Shown here: one piece after another, positions 1-13,248 of the stretch
How positions within the stretch are numbered: position 1 is the stretch's first letter
How the letters are laid out: each line of letters starts with the position of its first letter
Source of the DNA: Octopus sinensis
Taxonomy: Eukaryota
Direction: 5' to 3'
Length of the DNA: 64,000 nucleotides
NCBI RefSeq assembly: GCF_006345805.1
Contig: NC_043020.1
Location: 25,234,001-25,298,000 of the forward strand
The notes under the pieces: generated by a model
Told to the model about the DNA's origin: nothing
What the model saw: only the letters and a program-made list of their open reading frames with translations
Database searches by the model: none
Made by a program: the position numbers and the translations under genes

Positions 1-541
1 TAGATAGATAGATAGATATGATATGATTTTTACGTGTTTCGTTCATTCGAATACGCCATCATGAAACACCGGTTTGGAAACTGCTTTAGTCAGCTACATA
101 AACCCCATACTTATTTTTGTAGCGCACATATTGATATCTATTGCTGCCGAACAGCTATCTCGCAATACTGCATGGTATAAACTTATGCTACATAAATATT
201 TTGAAAAGCTGGGCTTCTCAAAACCAGAAAGGAGAAAGCAAATTGGAAGACTACAGATCCAATCTAGCACTGGAACTGTAAAAATCTGTAAAACTTTCCA
301 GAGGTTCATCACTTAGATATATAGAAGAATGTTTAGACATGCTGCTATATGCATGAGAATACATATATAAAGCAAAACATACAAATGTGCACATATACAT
401 GAATGCAAATATACCCTGTTGATATTGTCGAAATTCCAATGAAGGATTCTTGGATCTAAGTTAGAAACCGGCTCTTCCTCTATTGGCAAGAAATCTGGGC
501 AGCTAATTAAATATATAGACAGCTTCCAACGTATATATATA

Positions 542-610
<69 letters not shown>

Positions 611-615
<5 letters not shown>

Positions 616-1080
616 GTAAAAAGTGAAAAAACTACAGAAGGCTTGTTTTAAAAGTTAAAAAATATATATTTGAGTCAATATGTCTGAAGAATGTTATCAA
701 TTTTTCTTACAATGACATAGTTTAGAAGAAATGACCGGTTTCGCGTCAGCTTTTCAAATTCCTTACACATCGTTATGTTTATGTTGGAGAGAGTTATCGT
801 TATGTTATGTTGAAGAGAGTTCCAAATAAGGGGAGGTAATAAGTGATTTCTTCCGGTGTAAGGGAGATAATCGCTTAAGTTTTTGTCTTTCCTTTGGAGT
901 GAATTTCTCTGTATAAGTATGTTGGAATGGTTAAGTCTGGGCTTGTACTTTTCATCTATGTCGTTGTAAGAAAAAAATTGATAACATTCTTCAGATATAT
1001 TGACTCAAATATATATTTTTTAACCTTTTAAAACAAGCCTTCTGTAGTTTTTTCACTTTTTACTATTTTCTATATATTCA
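611..1080 (-). mobile_element. Penelope-like element 3' end / pseudo-LTR with a short inverted copy
   Basis: 611-715 is the reverse complement of about 962-1075. The minus strand near 925-960 reads ..DEKYKPRLN, like the PLE ORF end IKKFRPSLN at 56.8 kb. Contains an HHR at 727-763 and is flanked by (TA)n. Confidence 0.65.
727..763 (-). ncRNA. Minimal type I hammerhead ribozyme, U3-A8 core variant
   Basis: Minus strand: AGGAAU UUGAAAA GC UGAC GC GAAAC CG GUC AUUUCU. Stem I 6 bp, stem II 2 bp, palindromic stem III ACCGGU, GUC cleavage triplet. Confidence 0.7.
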
Positions 1081-1139
1081 ACCACGTGCTGTCACAAACC
1101 AACTTTCTCATCTATATATATATAAGTAGTGCTAGCAAT

Positions 1140-1443
1140 AATATTAACAGCAATCATAACAATAAAAACTCCGTCTTAGTCTCGGAGGTAAACCCTAACA
1201 GATTAAAGTTCTTGTCCAGTAATTCCAAACTTAGAAATTCCATTTACCAGTGTCAAATTTCTTCCGGTACCGGTGTCTTCTTCTATATTGGGGCGACTAC
1301 TTCTAAATTATCCCAGAGGATTTCCAATCATTATTCAACTTTCCGAGATAAAAGAAAACAACAGAGTACAGGACTAAGTAAATTAGTTTGGCGTCTTAAG
1401 GACAGCAATATAACTTTCAAGCTGGAATGGTCCATATTTGTCT
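1140..1443 (+). pseudogene. GIY-YIG endonuclease fragment of a Penelope-like element
   Basis: NSIYQCQ...FYIGATTSKLSQRISNH...STGLSKLVWRLK..LEWSI is a GIY-YIG motif with the conserved Arg/His. Truncated by the N gap. Confidence 0.75.
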
Positions 1444-1543
1444 NNNNNNNNNNNNNNNNNNNNNNNNNNNNNNNNNNNNNNNNNNNNNNNNNNNNNNNNN
1501 NNNNNNNNNNNNNNNNNNNNNNNNNNNNNNNNNNNNNNNNNNN
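1444..1543. other. Assembly gap (100 N)
   Basis: Run of N; unrelated elements on each side. Confidence 1.
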
Positions 1544-3020
1544 AGTCCACTGTTTGCGCCTCGGCACCTGGAGGAACAAGCCGATATCGTCCAGTGTTGT
1601 TTTGGACACTGGACAGATGGTCCTGTTAAATTGCTTGGAGTTTGGGTTGGTTCAGACTCCCAGACGGAGAAAAATTGGAGCGAGGTAGTGACCAGGTAGA
1701 GCCATAGTTTGGGAGTGGTCCGAAGGCATCTTTTCTTGAAAGGGAGGGCGGAGGTGTACAGGTGTTTATAGCATCTGTAATCACACTAGCGCTCGACTGT
1801 CGTGCCTTGCCCCCGATTTTGTGGCTAAGCAAGTTGGATTCGACTCCTTTTCCGCTTTTGTGGAGGGAGGAAAGCCACTTGTAAGGCGCTCCGTGTGTTG
1901 CCAGGAACCACTAAAGGGTGGGCTGGGGATGCCTTGGTTAATGATGCGCAGGCATGCGCTGAGACTGAGACATCTCTGGTTTCACCTGGAAGGTGATAAG
2001 GTGGGGAGTCCGCTGGCAGATAATTTCTTCCCGCAACCGGACTCTATGGAGAGATTTAAACCCGGTTTCATTAAAAGACGGAACCTGACTTTATGGCAGA
2101 AAGAGTGCCGACAGGCACTCTGGCTGATCCACAAGATAGGCAAAGCCGGCTGGGAATACCACCTCGACATTTTATAGAAGGATGGTAGAGGCAAAAAATG
2201 ACGACGTCCTAAGAGGGGCTCTGGGGTTCGATGAGGATCAACTATCCGACCTGTTTAAGAAGACTTTCAAGCCGGGGTATTTGGACAATTACCAAAAATC
2301 CCTGACTTGGCAGTGCTATAGGAATGCTCTACCTGTTCGCGATAAGTTATATAGGCATGGAATGTCAGTGCCACCGACATGTCCAAGATGTGGGTTGGAC
2401 GATGAAACCGTCCAGCCGTTTTGTACATTGTCAGGAACTGTCAGGCTTAATAAGTTACGTAGAACACGTGTTGTCGCATCTGGACGAGTACAGCTATCGG
2501 CTGGTTATCTATATAAAGATGATACCGCCAGCTGGACTCTCAAAGAAGGTGAGGCTTGTTTTCACTGCTACGGTGGCAGTAACTGAAAAGGTGTGTGTGG
2601 AGAACTAGATTGGAAGGTTTGGTGTCAGGAACCTTTGTCTCTGGATATGGTATGTTAAAATACTTCAGATACCATCTAAAGAGCAAGATGGATTTAGAGA
2701 AGAGGAACCTGACACAGAAAAAGTATGTGAATCGATGGAAGGATGTGATAAAAAAAGGTGGGTGTGAGTAACCTGCTTGGTCATCATGAAGGGAGAAAAT
2801 AGTCTCTGGGCTCTTAGGCTGTCGGGTAAGAATCCTGACTGTGATATACCTAGCTGGCCAAATTCATTTTTAATTTAAAAAAAAAAGGAGAAAAGTAAAG
2901 TCTAGTATCATAATCAATAATCAACATATGTAAATATCAAACGAACAACGTAAACTTTTTGTAATTATGTTTTGTTGTAAGTCTATCTCTGTAAGATTTT
3001 ATAATCATAATAAAGATTAG
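1544..3020 (+). mobile_element. Tx1/L1-clade LINE 3' portion (ORF2 C-terminus, frameshifted)
   Basis: VKLLGVWVG, PLKGGLGMP and WQCYRNALPVRDKLYRHG..CPRCG..DETV (zf-RVT-like). Homologous to the ORFs at 22503-23129 and 59133-59894. AATAAA at 3009-3014. Confidence 0.85.
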
Positions 3021-3680
3021 GAAGCGACACCTACTGGCTGGCTACGCTGCATTGAAAAGGGGCAATACTCCGAAACGCGTCTGTAGCTGCCGGTCAAGTA
3101 GTGTGGAGCGACTGACCTCCTTGTTCGAAGGTTATATGGATACAGTTTGTGTATCAAATAGCTAAATTAAGGCGATGGCTCATGGAGCTAATAAGCGGAC
3201 AGCTTTTTTCTTATTTTTATAAGAATGCCATATTAGTATGGCGATAACTATTATTTCCGGGAACGCTGCCGCTGTTCTCTTTTAGAGAGACTTAGTTATT
3301 TTAATATTCTATTATTGAAAACAAGTGGATGTATTCCACCGAAACTAGGTAAATAAAACCATCGAACAGAGATGTCGGAAGCGACACCTACTGGCTGGCT
3401 ACGCTGCATTGAAAAGGGGCAATACTCCGAAACGCGTTGTAGCTGCCGGTCAAGTAGTGTGTGCAGCGACTGACCTCCTTGTTCGAAGGTTATATGGATA
3501 CGTTTGTGTATTCAAATAGCTAACTTAAGGCGATGGCCTCATGGAGCTAATAAGCGGACAGCTATTTTCTTCTTTTTATAAGAATGCCATATTAGTATGG
3601 CGATAACTATTATTTTCCGGGAACGCTGCCGCTGTTCTCTTTTAGAGAGACTTAGTTGTATTTTAATACTGATATTATAT
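3021..3680 (+). repeat. About 1.8 units (period about 357 bp) of the HHR-containing retrozyme-like repeat
   Basis: Same sequence as the 49989-51463 units. HHR motifs at 3046-3087 and 3403-3443. Ends in (TA)n. Confidence 0.9.
3046..3087 (+). ncRNA. Type I hammerhead ribozyme, U3-A8 variant
   Basis: GCUGCA UUGAAAA GGGG CAAUA CUCC GAAAC GC GUC UGUAGC. Confidence 0.8.
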
Positions 3681-3684
3681 ATAG

Positions 3685-3735
<51 letters not shown>

Positions 3736-3781
3736 ATATATATTATAGATATATATATATATTATCTATATATATATACAT

Positions 3782-3830
<49 letters not shown>

Positions 3831-3904
3831 GTATATTTATTAAATTTTATGGATTGATTAGTCTTTCCTTGTTGTTTTGCCAAATAGTGGTTTTGTCTCA
3901 AATA

Positions 3905-3937
<33 letters not shown>

Positions 3938-4732
3938 TTGTCTGTTCTGTGTGTTTGTGTATATTTGCACGCATAAAAATTTGTCTGTGTTTGTGTGTGT
4001 GTGTGTGTGTTCTTTAAGAACTAATGTTGAAAATTCCGAATTAAAGTGTGTTTATAATCTTTTACAAAAGACAACACTCCAAAATGGAAGCAACAAAATG
4101 TTTCAATGATTTTCAGCGTTGAGATTAGGCTGTGAAAAATTGAGATGAAATCATCTCCACGCGTTATCATCGCCATCATATTTCATGAAAATTTGGATGT
4201 GAAATGGCGAAAATACTATTTTGAAGTGGGGCGGGTAGATTAATGTTGTTGGGAGGTGGAGTGTTAGTGGTGAGTGTATGTTTCAAATAAATGAACTTTC
4301 GTTCCGTTTGCTTACCTTCGTTCTAATTCCTGATCCTGGTTACATAAGCACTTAAATGAAGACGTTGCTGCCTCGCAATTGTTATATTTACCGAAGTGGC
4401 ATTCGGATGAAGACCTCTGAAATATCCATGACCCAACTTTGATTAGATTAGAATACAACAGATGCTGAAATATAAGTACACACATATATACACAGTGTAT
4501 GTATATATACGTAAATGCGTATACACATACATACATGTGTCCGTGTGTGTGCATGCATGGACACAGACATATTTTTGTATAATTTTTGTCAGGATAATGA
4601 GCAAAGCTTCCAAGCAGACATACTTACGTACACATATATATCCATGTATATATATATATATATATAATGTTTTTCAGAATGAGATACAAAAAAACCAAGG
4701 CTGCGAAGATTTTAGGACATTTATAAATAGAA

Positions 4733-4782
4733 GGTCTTACAGCTGTTTCCAGGATACTTCTTATATCCCTTCATCGGAGACG
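4733..4782 (-). ncRNA. Minimal type I hammerhead motif (U4C, probably decayed) in a PLE terminal remnant
   Basis: Minus strand: GUCU CCGAUGA A GGGAUA UAAGAAG UAUCCU G GAAAC AGCU GUA AGAC. Confidence 0.65.
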
Positions 4783-4926
4783 GTTTGAGAAGATGGTTAA
4801 GCAATAGTTAATTTAGATAAGATACGAAATAGAGAGTGAAGTGGAAGAATGAAAATAGATGTGAGATATGCAGGGATGATATTGCATTAGTAATTTGGGT
4901 CTTACTAACACCATTACTTCTCATAA

Positions 4927-4960
<34 letters not shown>

Positions 4961-4961
4961 C

Positions 4962-4998
<37 letters not shown>

Positions 4999-5456
4999 CC
5001 CATATATATATATATATGCATATGCATGTTTTTATATAGATAAATAGATAGATAGGTAGACATTTATAAACATGTATATATATATATATACATATATGTG
5101 TACATGTCTATTGATTTGCACATGTGTACATATGTACGTAGTAGGTATGTACTTACATTCATAAAGATATACATATTTAGACTTAGTGAATGTAAAACTG
5201 TTGTCTGTCCTGTCATTTCTACACTCCCCTGATGATGCGTACAACCATAATGGGGAAACGTACGTATGAACTGTAATATAAACCAACGTTTATCCTTATT
5301 TCTGGTACATTTGCTCTGTAGTTTATAACTAGTAATACTACTCAGTGTAGTAGTTAATTAAACAAATATACAGGAGACAGACTGGATGATTCCAACCACG
5401 TAGAGCTCTAAACATAACAGAAGCAGTCGTACAATTTCTATTATATGTACATACAT

Positions 5457-5518
<62 letters not shown>

Positions 5519-5588
5519 ATGCACACACTACATACATACATACATACATACATACATAACATACATACATCATACATACATACATATA

Positions 5589-8155
5589 TTAGGGTTATGA
5601 CTTTTTCACAAGCTAATACTGTAATTTGATGAATAATTTCCTAAAAATAAACTAACATTTATTTTGCTTCATTTCAAAAAGCACCAACTTAAGAATTCAG
5701 TCACTGTTTTTGACCCCAATCATGCAATATTCTAGTGGGGTTCATAATGCCTGTTCAAGTTTTTACCAAACTTGATGTCCTGACTCAATGCAATGCAGAA
5801 AGAGTATATCTGAAATTTCAGCTTTCTAATTGAAGTAGTTTCGGTGTTATGGAATTTTAAAACTATAATCACCAGGTGGCGCTTGATTAACACTTCAGTA
5901 TTTCTGTTGCCTAAATCCTTGTAAACGCAAGAGAGATGTGGAATAAAAGTGTATTTATACATTTTAAAAATTACTGAATTGAAATTGCTTTATGCAAATG
6001 TTCAAAACTAGACTATTTTAAGACAGAGGCCACTACAAGCATTCGATAACATAAAAATTAACAACAATACATATTTTTAACTTTATAGGTTTAATTCCAA
6101 TTTTATATAACTGTGTAAGAAAAAGGGTGCTGAATGTTAGGAAATGTTTAAACATGACAAAGAATTAAAATGTTTTGTTAGATAATATAGATCGTAGCTG
6201 AAGTTTCTCCTACTAATTACAAACACCATAAAAATCTTGAAGGCACTTGATTGCCCGTTCTGCATCCTGATTTGTTCTGGAAATTTCCAGTTTTGATGGT
6301 TGTCGACTCAAAAGTTTTTTAAAGAGTTCAATGTTTTTTCATGAACTTGCAGGCTACCACATAACTCCTGATAATCATGTGCATTGAACATTTGGTCAGT
6401 AAACCAAATATCTGCCCAGAGATAATCGACTAACATTGAGAAGCAAAAATCTTTCCTCTGGTAGAAGAATAAACGCCAAAAGAGCTGGTATTGCATGATA
6501 ATTCCATTTTGCATTACTTAGGTTGGGTATTTTTTGAAACTTTACAGTAGGAAATTTGCTGGTTTCTTCAAAAAAACGAAAAATTTTGGTCAAATGAAAT
6601 AGAAATGTCATGTCATCTCGCCATCCTGCTGATTCAGTAATCTTTTCTTCACCGTTGTTGAAATTAGCCTGGAGTTTCTTGAAATCATTTAGAAGCTCTG
6701 GGATGAATGTATATTCAATATTGGGAGATTACTTTTTTCTCTGAGTTCCTTATCCATTACAACACGAAGATTTCCATCAAGGATATGATGCTGACAACCA
6801 ATAAATTGTGGTTCTTTCAAACCCTTTTGAGCAAACTTTTTGCAACTGAATGATAATGCCATTTCTTTTCCTAGTTTTCGCACTCATTACATCAGCGACA
6901 ATCATCTTTACACAGTTCCATAAATTATATTCATCTAAAACAGCTGTTATTTCTTTCACAACAGTATCGGCTTTTCCGTTTGGTAATTGGAGTGCTTCTA
7001 ACTTAACTTCTCACTGTTCGTTCTTTAAAACTAGCGCTTGGTATTCTTGGTAACCAATACGTTTACCATCAAAATGCAATGACCAGTTTTCTAAATGTAG
7101 TGGTTTCTTCATCTTCTTTTTTAGTTTAACATCTTCTTTGATAGTCGATCTGTAAATACTAGATTGGGAAGGAGTCTCGACATTGATTCCATCTTGAGAT
7201 AATTGTCGACAAACTGTTGCTGCTTTTTGGCTTGATAGCTTGGAAGATATTACCAACTTGGTTGCAGTTCCAGTTTTGCTATACTTCCTCCTTGTTTGTA
7301 TAGATTCTTCGTCTCATTTTTCGGACTCTTGATATTCACATTCAGTCTTTGCTTCAGACGTTGACGGTGACACTGGAGTTGCTCTGGTTGAAGTTGACAT
7401 TAAGGACACTTTTCTTCTTTTGGATGGATGAATAGCTTTGGAACTGGCTGCCTTTCCAGTTGCATACCCAACCTGCCCCTTGCTTTCAATCTGAAGATAA
7501 TATAACATTCTATCCTCACTGCACAGCCATTCACCGTTTTCCTTTGTGGTGTCAAAAATTCCTTTAAATGTTTCCTCGTTTCACACATTTGCCGTAGCAC
7601 TTTTCTACTTTTTCATGATAAATATGAGAAATTTGGTTTCTTTTACCATAAAAAGTTACTTCTTTCGAAATTTCCTTTGTTCTTTTTTTCCTTCCTTTGA
7701 CAGAACCTCCAAGGAATAGGTAGCGACAAACAATTTGAAGTTTCATTGGAATCCTGAAGTTGTTTTCCAAAGAATGATCTTCTAGAAGAGCAGTTCTTCT
7801 TTTTCTATGTGAGCTTGAAATTGTACGAGATTCTTCGTCCAGATTTTTTTTTTGCTTCTTTGAGTGACACAAACACTTCACTTGTGAGACAATATTTTAG
7901 ATACTCTAGTTGGATAGGCCTACTATTCTGAAAAACAGTTGATATAGTCAGTCAGAGTTTTTAGTGTCACAGAAATAAAAAGGAGAGGAAGAGAATATTT
8001 CCTAAAGTAGGGCCTAAGTGGTAATAAATTAAAAACTCTATAACTCACAAACTGCTTAAACTTGAAAGCTGAAATTTGAGATATCCTGCTTCTGCTTTGC
8101 ATTAAGTCAGCACACCAAGATCTTCCCATTCAGTGTCAGTTGCTTAAAAGCTACA
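5589..8155 (-). mobile_element. Decayed hAT-superfamily (hATm-like) DNA transposon
   Basis: Minus-strand fragments WSLHFDGK, IVADVMSAKT (degenerate DTTxxNT), FIGCQHHILD (CxxH), SNAKWN. Left end TTAGGGT. Subterminal inverted repeats at about 5770-5860 and 8030-8120. Many frameshifts. Confidence 0.7.
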
Positions 8156-9884
8156 TACTAGCAAATACATACATACATACATACTTACATACATACATAC
8201 TTACATACATATATATAATATATATATATATACACATATATATATATGCATATATATATACATACATATATATATTGGTAAAACGGTAAGATAACAAGAT
8301 ATATATATATATGATGTGTATGTGTATATGTATATGTGTAGAGTAGAAATATATATATCGATTCTCAATTAAACCTCATATTCTTGTTTATTCTCACTGG
8401 TATACAAGTGGCTAAAAAATGTCATAAGAAGGGTATCCAGGCTAAAATATGTCATAAGAAGGGACCTGGATGCAGCCCGGCCCCATTAGAGTTAAGAAAT
8501 TAAAGGCCGAAACACTAACCTAAGTGGGGGGTTTCTTCTCTGAATACCGTCTGCTGTTCTGCGCTCTTCAGAATTTCTTACTCCGGTGGAAAGCTATACC
8601 AATGTTGTCAATACCAATAGATATCTGTCTATCTTTTTTATTGCTTATTCGAGAGGGAAGACAGGGCCCATTAAACATTACAGAACTTGAGTGAGACTAG
8701 AGGGAGGGGAAGAAAGAGGGGGAGGAAGGAGGAGATTTCGGTATTCTCAAACCGATGTTTTGGGGCAATTGCAAGAACCAGAGAAGACTCTGTTAAGGTC
8801 ATTCAATGGTCGACTTGAAAAAAGAAAAGCAAAGGAGAAGGAAAAAATAGAAGAAATGAAATGAGGAATAAACAAGAAATAGAAAGAAAATGGAAAGCAG
8901 CAGAGCTAGAAAAACGAATGAAAAGGGAGTCAAAGAACGAAGAAGAATAAAAAGGAATGAATCTGTAATAGAACAGGGATTGAAATGGGATGACGAAGAA
9001 TTCACGAGAAAAAAGGAAAATATTGAAGAAAATGTAATGAAAGATAATGATGTGAAAGAAAAATCAAAAAGAAAGAAAAGGGAAAGAGAAGATAAAAGAA
9101 TGCAAGAAAGAAGGAAAGGAAGATAGGAAGATTGAAAGAAAGAAAATAGGAGACAGAGATAGGAAAGAAGGAAAGAACGAACAAATTCAAAAAAAAGGAA
9201 AAGGAACGAATTCCAGAACGAAGAAAACATAAATGACTGAGTTAAAGAATGAGAAAAGAAAAAGAAAGAAAGAAGTAAAAAAGAAGCCAACAAAGGAAAG
9301 AGGAAAACATTGAACGTAAGAAAGAAAGAGAGAATGATCGAATGGAAATGCAGAAAAATAACACTTGACAAGGGAATGAAGAACGATAGAAGATAAAGGA
9401 AGGAAAATAAGCAAATTAAAGTAAAATAAAGAAACGAGAAAAGGTTTTTATGTTGGAGCGAACGCCTCATGTTTCATTAAAGCAGACGACATGGCTGTTT
9501 ATTGACCAAACGACGTCCTTAGCAGACGATAGTTTCGTTGATTTCAATCTAAAAGAATTGTTTTACAATGGCGATACAAGATGGAGGGAGTTTCGTTTTG
9601 TAACATGTTTACTAAGTAAATATCAGTTGCCAACATTGAAACGGTGGCCTGTAAAGGCTACCGTTTTTTTTTTTCTCAAACATTTGCTCACTGCCAACAT
9701 TTCTTTCTAAAACATTTTAATCAAATATGATGGCGGATATTCTATTCATTTCATTTCTTTTCTCGAAAATTCTTTTGTACTTTGTTTTTAAATTCTGTGC
9801 ATTCTGACAGGCTGGGTGGAAAACACATCAAAATCTGTTCTATTACAGTAGTTATCATATTCGACTCGTTAGCAAACTCCTTAT

Positions 9885-9900
9885 TATTATTATGAGTAGT

Positions 9901-9961
<61 letters not shown>

Positions 9962-9991
9962 CAGCAGCAGCAGCAGCAGCAGCAGCGCAGC

Positions 9992-10037
<46 letters not shown>

Positions 10038-10095
10038 AGAATGAAGAAAAAGAAAGCGGTCTTTGAATAATTATTATTGCAAGTATTATTCTTAC

Positions 10096-10159
<64 letters not shown>

Positions 10160-10215
10160 AATAATAATAATAATAATGATGATGATGATGATGATAATGA
10201 TGATGATGATGATTT
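9885..10215. repeat. Compound trinucleotide microsatellite (TAG)n(CAG)n(ATT)n(GAT)n
   Basis: Direct reading. Confidence 0.95.
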
Positions 10216-10441
10216 CATTTATTTGCCGCCAGGGCGAAGGATAAGAATAATAATAATATGAGTTGGAAGTTTGTAGTTATTTTTTTTCATTTTTTTATGC
10301 GTTTCCTGCTATTTACACCTTATGTGAACGGTTCATTCTATCAGTCAAATGTGTGTGTATCTCTGTGTGTATGTATGTGTGTGCATGTTTGTATGAGCAT
10401 ATATGTATGCATGTATGAATGTATGTGTGCATGTATTCATG

Positions 10442-10620
10442 CAGGCGTGGCTGTGTCGTAAGAAGTTTGCTTCTCAACAACATTGCTCCAAGTTCAATTC
10501 CAATGCACAGTGATCATATGGTCAAGTGTCTTCTACTGTAGCCTGGGGCTGACTTGAGCTTTTGTGAGTAGATTTGATAGGCGGAAACTGTAAGATACGT
10601 GCTGCATATGTGTCTGCGTG
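10442..10620 (+). mobile_element. tRNA-derived SINE, family A (degenerate)
   Basis: AGGCGTGGCTGTGTCGTAAG...AGTTCAATTCC...GTGAGTAGATTTGATAGGCGGAAACTG; homologous to the copies at 37388 and 43639. Confidence 0.75.
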
Positions 10621-11079
10621 TGTCGGGGGTATATTGTCTCAATATCTAAATATAGTCCTATGTCTCATTTATGTGCATATATTTATATATATATATATGT
10701 GTGTGTGTGTATATGTATATATGCATGTATGTGTGTTTGTGAGTGTATATGTGTTTGTGTGTGCTTCGCAGGGTGTATGCGTTCGCAATTAGTTTATTTC
10801 TATTTACTTTGATTGCATTTAATAATCATTCTTTTATTTCAAATAATGCTGTTTAATGAAAGGTAATTAGAAATGTTACTTCATTAAAATAAAATAAAAA
10901 AAGAAGACAACAAAAAAATACAGATGGGGATAAACAAACAACGAAAAAAGACCGAGACATATAGGAGCAAAAAAAAACACAAACAAACAAAACACATAAT
11001 AGAAATTCGAATATCTATTGTTTTACCGGGGATCAAATATTGATCTTAATGTTTTACTGTAATATAAATATATATACAC

Positions 11080-11120
<41 letters not shown>

Positions 11121-11198
11121 TATATATATATATATATATATATATTTAAGTAGGTGAATGAATTTTGTTAACATCTTCGTTCGACTCCATTCTTTCAT

Positions 11199-11239
<41 letters not shown>

Positions 11240-11300
11240 CATGCTTATATATATGTGTATGTATGTATATATATATAAATATATGTATGTATATATATTA

Positions 11301-11335
<35 letters not shown>

Positions 11336-11439
11336 TTATATATGTATGTGTGTGTAATGAATATATATATATATATATATATGCAAACTTATGTATTATG
11401 TGTATAGATAGATATATAGATAGATAGATAGATAGATAT

Positions 11440-11474
<35 letters not shown>

Positions 11475-11716
11475 TATAGATAGATAGATAGACAGATAGA
11501 TAGATATACATACATATGTGCGTGTATGTGCGTGTGTGTGATTCTCACACACGTGTATATATATACACTTTCAAATTCCTGAGAATATCGCTTTTTTCCC
11601 CATGTATATTTATACTCACTTCTTTTGCATCTACCTTTGTTCCATGATTATATAAAAAAGAACGGGCATTTGCTTTGCTGTACACATGAACACATACACG
11701 CATACACACACACACA

Positions 11717-11757
<41 letters not shown>

Positions 11758-11840
11758 TATATATAATATATATATATATATTTAAGTAGGTGAATGAATT
11801 TTGTTAACATCTTCGTTCGACTCCATTCTTTCATTATATA

Positions 11841-11874
<34 letters not shown>

Positions 11875-11930
11875 CATGCTTATATATAATGTGTATGTAT
11901 GTATATATATATAAATATATGTATGTATAT

Positions 11931-11971
<41 letters not shown>

Positions 11972-12070
11972 GTATGTGTGTGTAATGAATATATATATAT
12001 ATATATATATATGCAAACTTATGTAATTATGTGTATAGATAGATATATAGATAGATAGATAGATAGATAT

Positions 12071-12111
<41 letters not shown>

Positions 12112-12319
12112 CAGATAGATAGATATACATACATATGTGCGTGTATGTGCGTGTGTGTGATTCTCACACACGTGTATATATATACACTTTCAAATTCCTG
12201 AGAATATCGCTTTTTTCCCCATGTATATTTATACTCACTTCTTTTGCATCTACCTTTGTTCCATGATTATATAAAAAAGAACGGGCATTTGCTTTGCTGT
12301 ACACATGAACACATACACG

Positions 12320-12352
<33 letters not shown>
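11080..12352. repeat. Direct tandem duplication, unit about 636 bp
   Basis: TTTAAGTAGGTGAATGAATTTTG at about 11144 and 11780; CACTTTCAAATTCCTGAG..GCTGTACACATG at about 11566 and 12185. Confidence 0.9.
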
Positions 12353-12356
<4 letters not shown>

Positions 12357-13131
12357 TTTCATGTAAATATATACATACATGCATACATGCATGTATATAT
12401 GCGTGTGTGTTGTGTGTAATGCTGTGTGTATGTGGTATGTGTGTGTGTGTGTGTGTGATGGGGGCGAGGTGTCTTCACCATTCTCATCTTTCGTAGACGT
12501 CGGTAAATATTGTCACATTGTCGGAATCTCTACGAAAAAATTTCATTTGGTCAAATGGAGAACAAATATATACATGTGTGTGTGTGTGTGTCCTCACACC
12601 AAACAAGTATGATCCTGTGTTTTTGTATGCATATATATATACATATATATATATATTTGTATATATATGTAAGTGTGTGTGTGTGTGTGTATGAGTGTGT
12701 GTGTGCCTGTGCATGCTCTTGTGTGTGTGTTGTACATACATACATGCAAGCCTATATACAAACACACCCACACGCATACACACATACACACATACGTGCA
12801 TATGGGTATACACATATGTATATATGTGTGTGTGTTGATATATATAGATGTATGCATATATAGATAAATTTATAGATAAATATATATATATACACACAAA
12901 GACATATACATATATATGGACATATATGTGTAAATATATATATATATATATATATGTGTATATATATATATATTTAATGAAATGGATAAATGAATTATCT
13001 TGTTACGGATTATTCAAAATTTAACCGATACCTGTGTAGCAAAAAATCACACCAGAAAAGACACGGTTGAGCTTACGACCATGGGGTTTCGCCCCCGTGC
13101 TTTAGCGCGGATAATTGAAGTTTTATATATT

Positions 13132-13212
13132 TAGTGAAGGGAAGAAATGGAGCCGAACGAAGATTCTACAATAAAAAGGAATTTTGTAGAATCTTCGTTC
13201 GGCTTCTTCCCT

Positions 13213-13219
<7 letters not shown>
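13132..13219. repeat. Inverted repeat (arms about 35-40 bp)
   Basis: TAGTGAAGGGAAGAA..GCCGAACGAAGATTCTACAA / TTGTAGAATCTTCGTTCGGCTTCTTCCCTTCACTA. Confidence 0.85.

Positions 13220-13246
<27 letters not shown>

Positions 13247-13248
<2 letters not shown>

Noticed and set aside
25-70. Minus-strand AUGAUGG...GAAACACGUA hammerhead-like motif
   Set aside because: Core has two non-compensated changes; at best a decayed relic.
5225-5270. CUGAUGA...GAAACGUACGUA hammerhead-like words
   Set aside because: No convincing stem I or correctly placed stem II.
8799-9470. 223-aa hydrophobic Phe/Leu/Ser ORF
   Set aside because: Antisense of a purine-rich low-complexity tract.
9639-9675. 12-bp hairpin followed by a T run, resembling an intrinsic terminator
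   Set aside because: Eukaryotic context with no upstream gene; not interpretable as a bacterial terminator.
13068-13115. Minus-strand GGGGC GAAAC..GUA half-hammerhead
   Set aside because: The CUGAnGA half is missing.
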